64,000 bases of DNA from Zancudomyces culisetae HAW-14-8 (taxonomy: Eukaryota > Fungi > Kickxellomycota), in NCBI GenBank assembly GCA_052426225.1, contig JBNJNM010000015.1, forward strand, positions 1,736,001 to 1,800,000. Direction: 5' to 3'. The notes beneath the pieces are model-generated. The model searched no databases, was not told the origin of the DNA, and worked only from the letters and a program-made list of their open reading frames with translations. The position numbers and the translations under genes were made by a program. Below are positions 60,358-64,000 of the stretch, in pieces; within the stretch, counting starts at the first letter, position 1, and each line of letters starts with the position of its first letter.

Positions 60358-63171
60358 AACAGGGGTAGGTGAGGGGATGTTCATTGAGTTTTGTTTTTTA
60401 TTATTTATTTTTTTTCTGTTTTCATAGCACAGATAAACTTTATTATTTATTTTCCTTTCACCAGTATATGTTGTATGATTCCAACAGGCTGTAATAGATT
60501 GTATATATTCGTGAAAAATGTTTCTCTGCGCAGACAAATTATACAACACAGATACAGGTTTTATAGTGGGGTCTTCTCTGAATAAACCCATTAGCAACCG
60601 CAACGAAATATGGTTGGGCTCACAAAAGTACTTACTGGCCATGACTTGACTTTTGTGTTTTGATGAATCTTGCTTGTCATTTTTGCGCTTATTGGAATAT
60701 AAACATTGATAGATGAAACAACTATAAAACAAGTTATGTTGGGGGAGGATTTAATATATGAAGCCAGATTTGGAAAGTACTTATCCTAGCTTTATTGGTG
60801 TAAACTTTGGGAAGTAAAGTTTTTGCATTAATAAAAGCCGATAAATTCATCTAGCAAATTAATGTTTATAAAAGCCGAGTAAACGATGTTGGTGTTGATA
60901 TTGGATTTTGACTTTGACCCTGTTTAAGCCAATTAAATTTGGTGTAATGTAGGATAAAGAAAGCATATCAAGAATCGAGTTTTGCGTTATATAATCGCCT
61001 TGGATTTGGGGAGTGGATCGAATCAAAATAAGGAGATGGAGAGATGGGGAGATGGGGAGATGAGAATGTAGGTTGGAAGAAAAAAATGAGAATGAGTGGA
61101 GATACAGCGAAATTGTGATAACTTTTGTTTAGCTTTGGTGTTCTCGTTTTTCCAGGTAGTTTTTACATATCCTTGCTACAATACTATTCAAAAAAATGTA
61201 AATAGCAAAGAAATTGTAGCAAGTCAAGTCGAGATGAGGCAAGACAAGACAATAAAAGACAACAGACTGTCTTTAGTAATTATTGCATCAATCAATACAT
61301 TGTTGTATTTTATAAGGATACTAGGGTAGCTCAGTGATTTCGGGGCTGTATGGTGTTTAAAATAAACTCAGTTATGTAAAGAGCGATATGTGTTAAGAGG
61401 AAAAAAAAATACATGTTTATGAACCTCCATTGCACGCTACCAAATAATCAAAAGTAACAGCAAAGAAGGGTCAAGCCATTAATTGTTGGGTTCAATTGTT
61501 TTTACTTTTATTAGGGAACAAATAATGGATAAGGGAGGGGAGACTGCAAGATATAGTTGATTATACAATTATAGAATAATAAAACTAGACAATTGCCCAA
61601 CAATAGCTGGATAATTCAATTTGAAAAAGCGATGGAAAACTTTTCAAAACAATTACTAAATCCCTGTTCTGCAATTGGAATTGTTGTTTCTCTAGAATAA
61701 TACCACCATAATTTATTACCAAAAAAGAGTAAAATTAAACACAAGTACATAAGTTTTTAGAAGATAAATGAGCAGGAGAAAAGTGCAAGACATTTCATTT
61801 GGAAAGAGGATTGGCTACCCGGGTTTGTAATACATCGAAAATTAGGTTTTGTGAAGGAGGCTTTGTTTTCTTTGTTTCTTTCAGCTGATCAATAGTAAAA
61901 CCCACCCGCAAGTATACTTTTTTTTACTTGTTTTTATTATTATATGCAATTACTAATATTTATCTTGCTAATCTTGACAATGGGAGTGGAGGGGGAAATA
62001 CAATTAAATCAAAACTAAAATTTTTTTTCTGTAATGTAAAATAAAACGCAGTAAATACACATACTCTCCAAAGTGGTACAATAACAAATACACTATAAAA
62101 AAATAAAGAAAAAAATCTCAGGCTAGGGATCTTTAAACAGAAAGAAAATAAAGGCGGGGAAGAATAAAAAGAAAAGGCTACGGGACTCAACTTTTCGAAA
62201 TATGATTGTTTGTTAACTTTAGGGATGTTGTCCTTGATAAATATAGCAGTTACAAATGAGAGTGAGCCCAGTGCTGATAATCATAATACTAAATAACGAG
62301 TACTAGCATATTGAAATCGAAAGAAACGATCCTTAAGGCGATATAAAAATATACAGAAATTAAAAACAAACGAGGTAAAGTGAATTTAACTACATTTAAC
62401 TTTCATTAGAACAGAAACAAGTATGCCGATAATACCAAGGAGGCTGGTTTTGATTATAGCCTTTTAAATAAGTGGGAGGTAGGAGAACTGTGAAATGAGT
62501 CACGCAATACTAATGGGTATCATTAGAAACCATATATTTACCAAAATAAAGAGAAAAAAAAAGTGTACTTTTGAGTGTTGTTTCGATGTTGGATATACAA
62601 TTTATAACCTACTCGTTTGTAATTTATGGAGGAATGATATTTAAATATTTAAAAGAAATTGCATTGCAAATACAAAAAAGGAGATTTTTGGTTAATTTAA
62701 GTTTGAACCAATAAATTGAAATTTGGGTGAACTTTTGGGCATTATCAAGCGATGAATGGTATAAAATTATAGACCAAAAGTTGAGCATAGTACATATAAC
62801 TGAATGTGAATAAGGGGGAGTATATTGACTGAGATTATAAGAATATATACTTTACAAAATTTTATACAAACAGTCTTTCACGAGGAACATTTTTAATTAT
62901 TGATAATTATTGGTATTTCAAAACACTTGACTTTGCTTAAATCAACAGTTTTCTAATCGATATGTGTAAGATATATGTTCCGAAAACTTGCACAATCTTT
63001 TTGTTTAAAAAAAAGTGCAAGAAAGATGTAAAGGTGGAATTACTTTTAAGCTTATTAATTTAATACGATAATGGAAAAAACACAAAAAACACTCATTCAT
63101 TTTATCAAAGCATTTAACTAATATTAAAGATATTTAATGCAAATTTTAAATAGGAGGGTACCCAAATAAAG

Positions 63172-64000
63172 ATGAGCTTCCTAAATTCATGGAAAAATCT
63201 AACAAAGAAGAACAAAAAGAGTTCAGAAAAGGATAAATCCAAACGATGGGAAATGGATAATACCTTTCAAGACGGACGAACTTCGAAATATTATGAACTT
63301 GAAGCAGAAGCGAAGCCAAAAACAGAAAAGGTAGATTTTTAAATTACATTTTAGTTTCGCATAACAGAATAAAGATACAACATGTCTTTAGATCAGATTT
63401 TATTGATTAAGCGCTATATAAAATATCACACCCCCTTTTTTTGGAATGTAAAAAGCGAGAAAAATAGTGATAATGGAAATATAGACTGATTTTAGCAATT
63501 TAAATGAAATAGATTAAAGTGTCATGTATATGCTGTGGAAAGTAAGATATTTGGTGAAGCCTATATTTGAACGAGGATTGTGTAGTTTTAATTTAGCTTT
63601 TATTTTGGTTTTTTTTTCCCCAAAAACTAAAATAACGCATAACTGTTGATATAGAGTCAGAAAAGTATCTAGAGGGGAAAAGGCGTTTGAATGTACTATA
63701 TGCAATACCTTCACAAGGATTTACGATAATCGCGGAAAACGACACGAAGGCAGTCTAGTTGAGAATGAAGGTAATTTTAATTCAAGTGTTTAATTAAAAG
63801 ATATAGAAGGGTAGCAATAATAGAGATTTTATGAATGGAATAGCTCAAAAAAAGCCAGTGTTGACGCTATCACGATTGAAAGCAGGAGTGAAGGCATGTA
63901 AGAGGCAAGGCGAAAAAATAGAATTACTGGAGACAATGATACGAGAATCTTTTTCAGATAGCACAGTATTAAGCGAGTCGTTTTTGAATGGAAAGACACT
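63172..64000 (+). CDS. Probable HUL4/Mug30/HECTD2-like HECT E3 ligase, 5' part only (exons about 63172-63330, 63513-63541, 63655-63770, about 63810 to window end)
   Basis: Spliced CICCGK-VRKVSRGEKAFECTICNT Zn-finger, then LTLSRLKAGVKACK..LLETMIRESFSDSTVLSESF, which resembles Hul4/HECTD2 N-termini. The last exon junction is ambiguous and the HECT domain is outside the window. Confidence 0.55.

Noticed and set aside
60400-63100. 2.7-kb non-coding stretch with short ORFs
   Set aside because: AT-rich, no motifs or repeats recognised; probably promoter, 5' UTR or intron of the downstream gene

Overview
AT-rich eukaryotic (fungal) genomic DNA with short spliceosomal introns. Gene content and style (trypsin-family and mucin-like secreted proteins, a TPR-bearing UCS chaperone) suggest an early-diverging fungus, probably Zoopagomycota/Kickxellomycotina such as the Harpellales insect-gut fungi; this is inference, not proven. 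About 17 conserved genes can be read, several rebuilt by hand from splice signals because the ORF track misses or fragments them: PUF3-like (5' partial), POT1 thiolase, DPM2, SEC31, TRM11, IMP1, a sepiapterin-reductase-like SDR, MED22, RIB7, BET1, TOP2, UBA2, an MPR1-like GNAT, RBK1, UNC-45/SHE4, ENP2/NOL10 and a HUL4/HECTD2-like gene running off the 3' end. Three lineage-specific patches interrupt them. (i) At 3-5.3 kb, a small secreted basic Cys protein with a premature stop sits next to a probably GPI-anchored trypsin homolog that has lost all three catalytic residues. (ii) At 34.7-40.2 kb lies a 1838-aa charge-segregated mucin-like secreted protein with Kex2-type sites. (iii) At about 44.5-53.3 kb, a gene-poor island holds a Cys/Pro-repeat secreted protein and an intronless PD-(D/E)xK restriction-endonuclease-fold gene next to its decayed tandem copy; this is the best candidate for an undescribed effector or selfish system. 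No rRNA, tRNA, CRISPR or recognisable transposase was seen.
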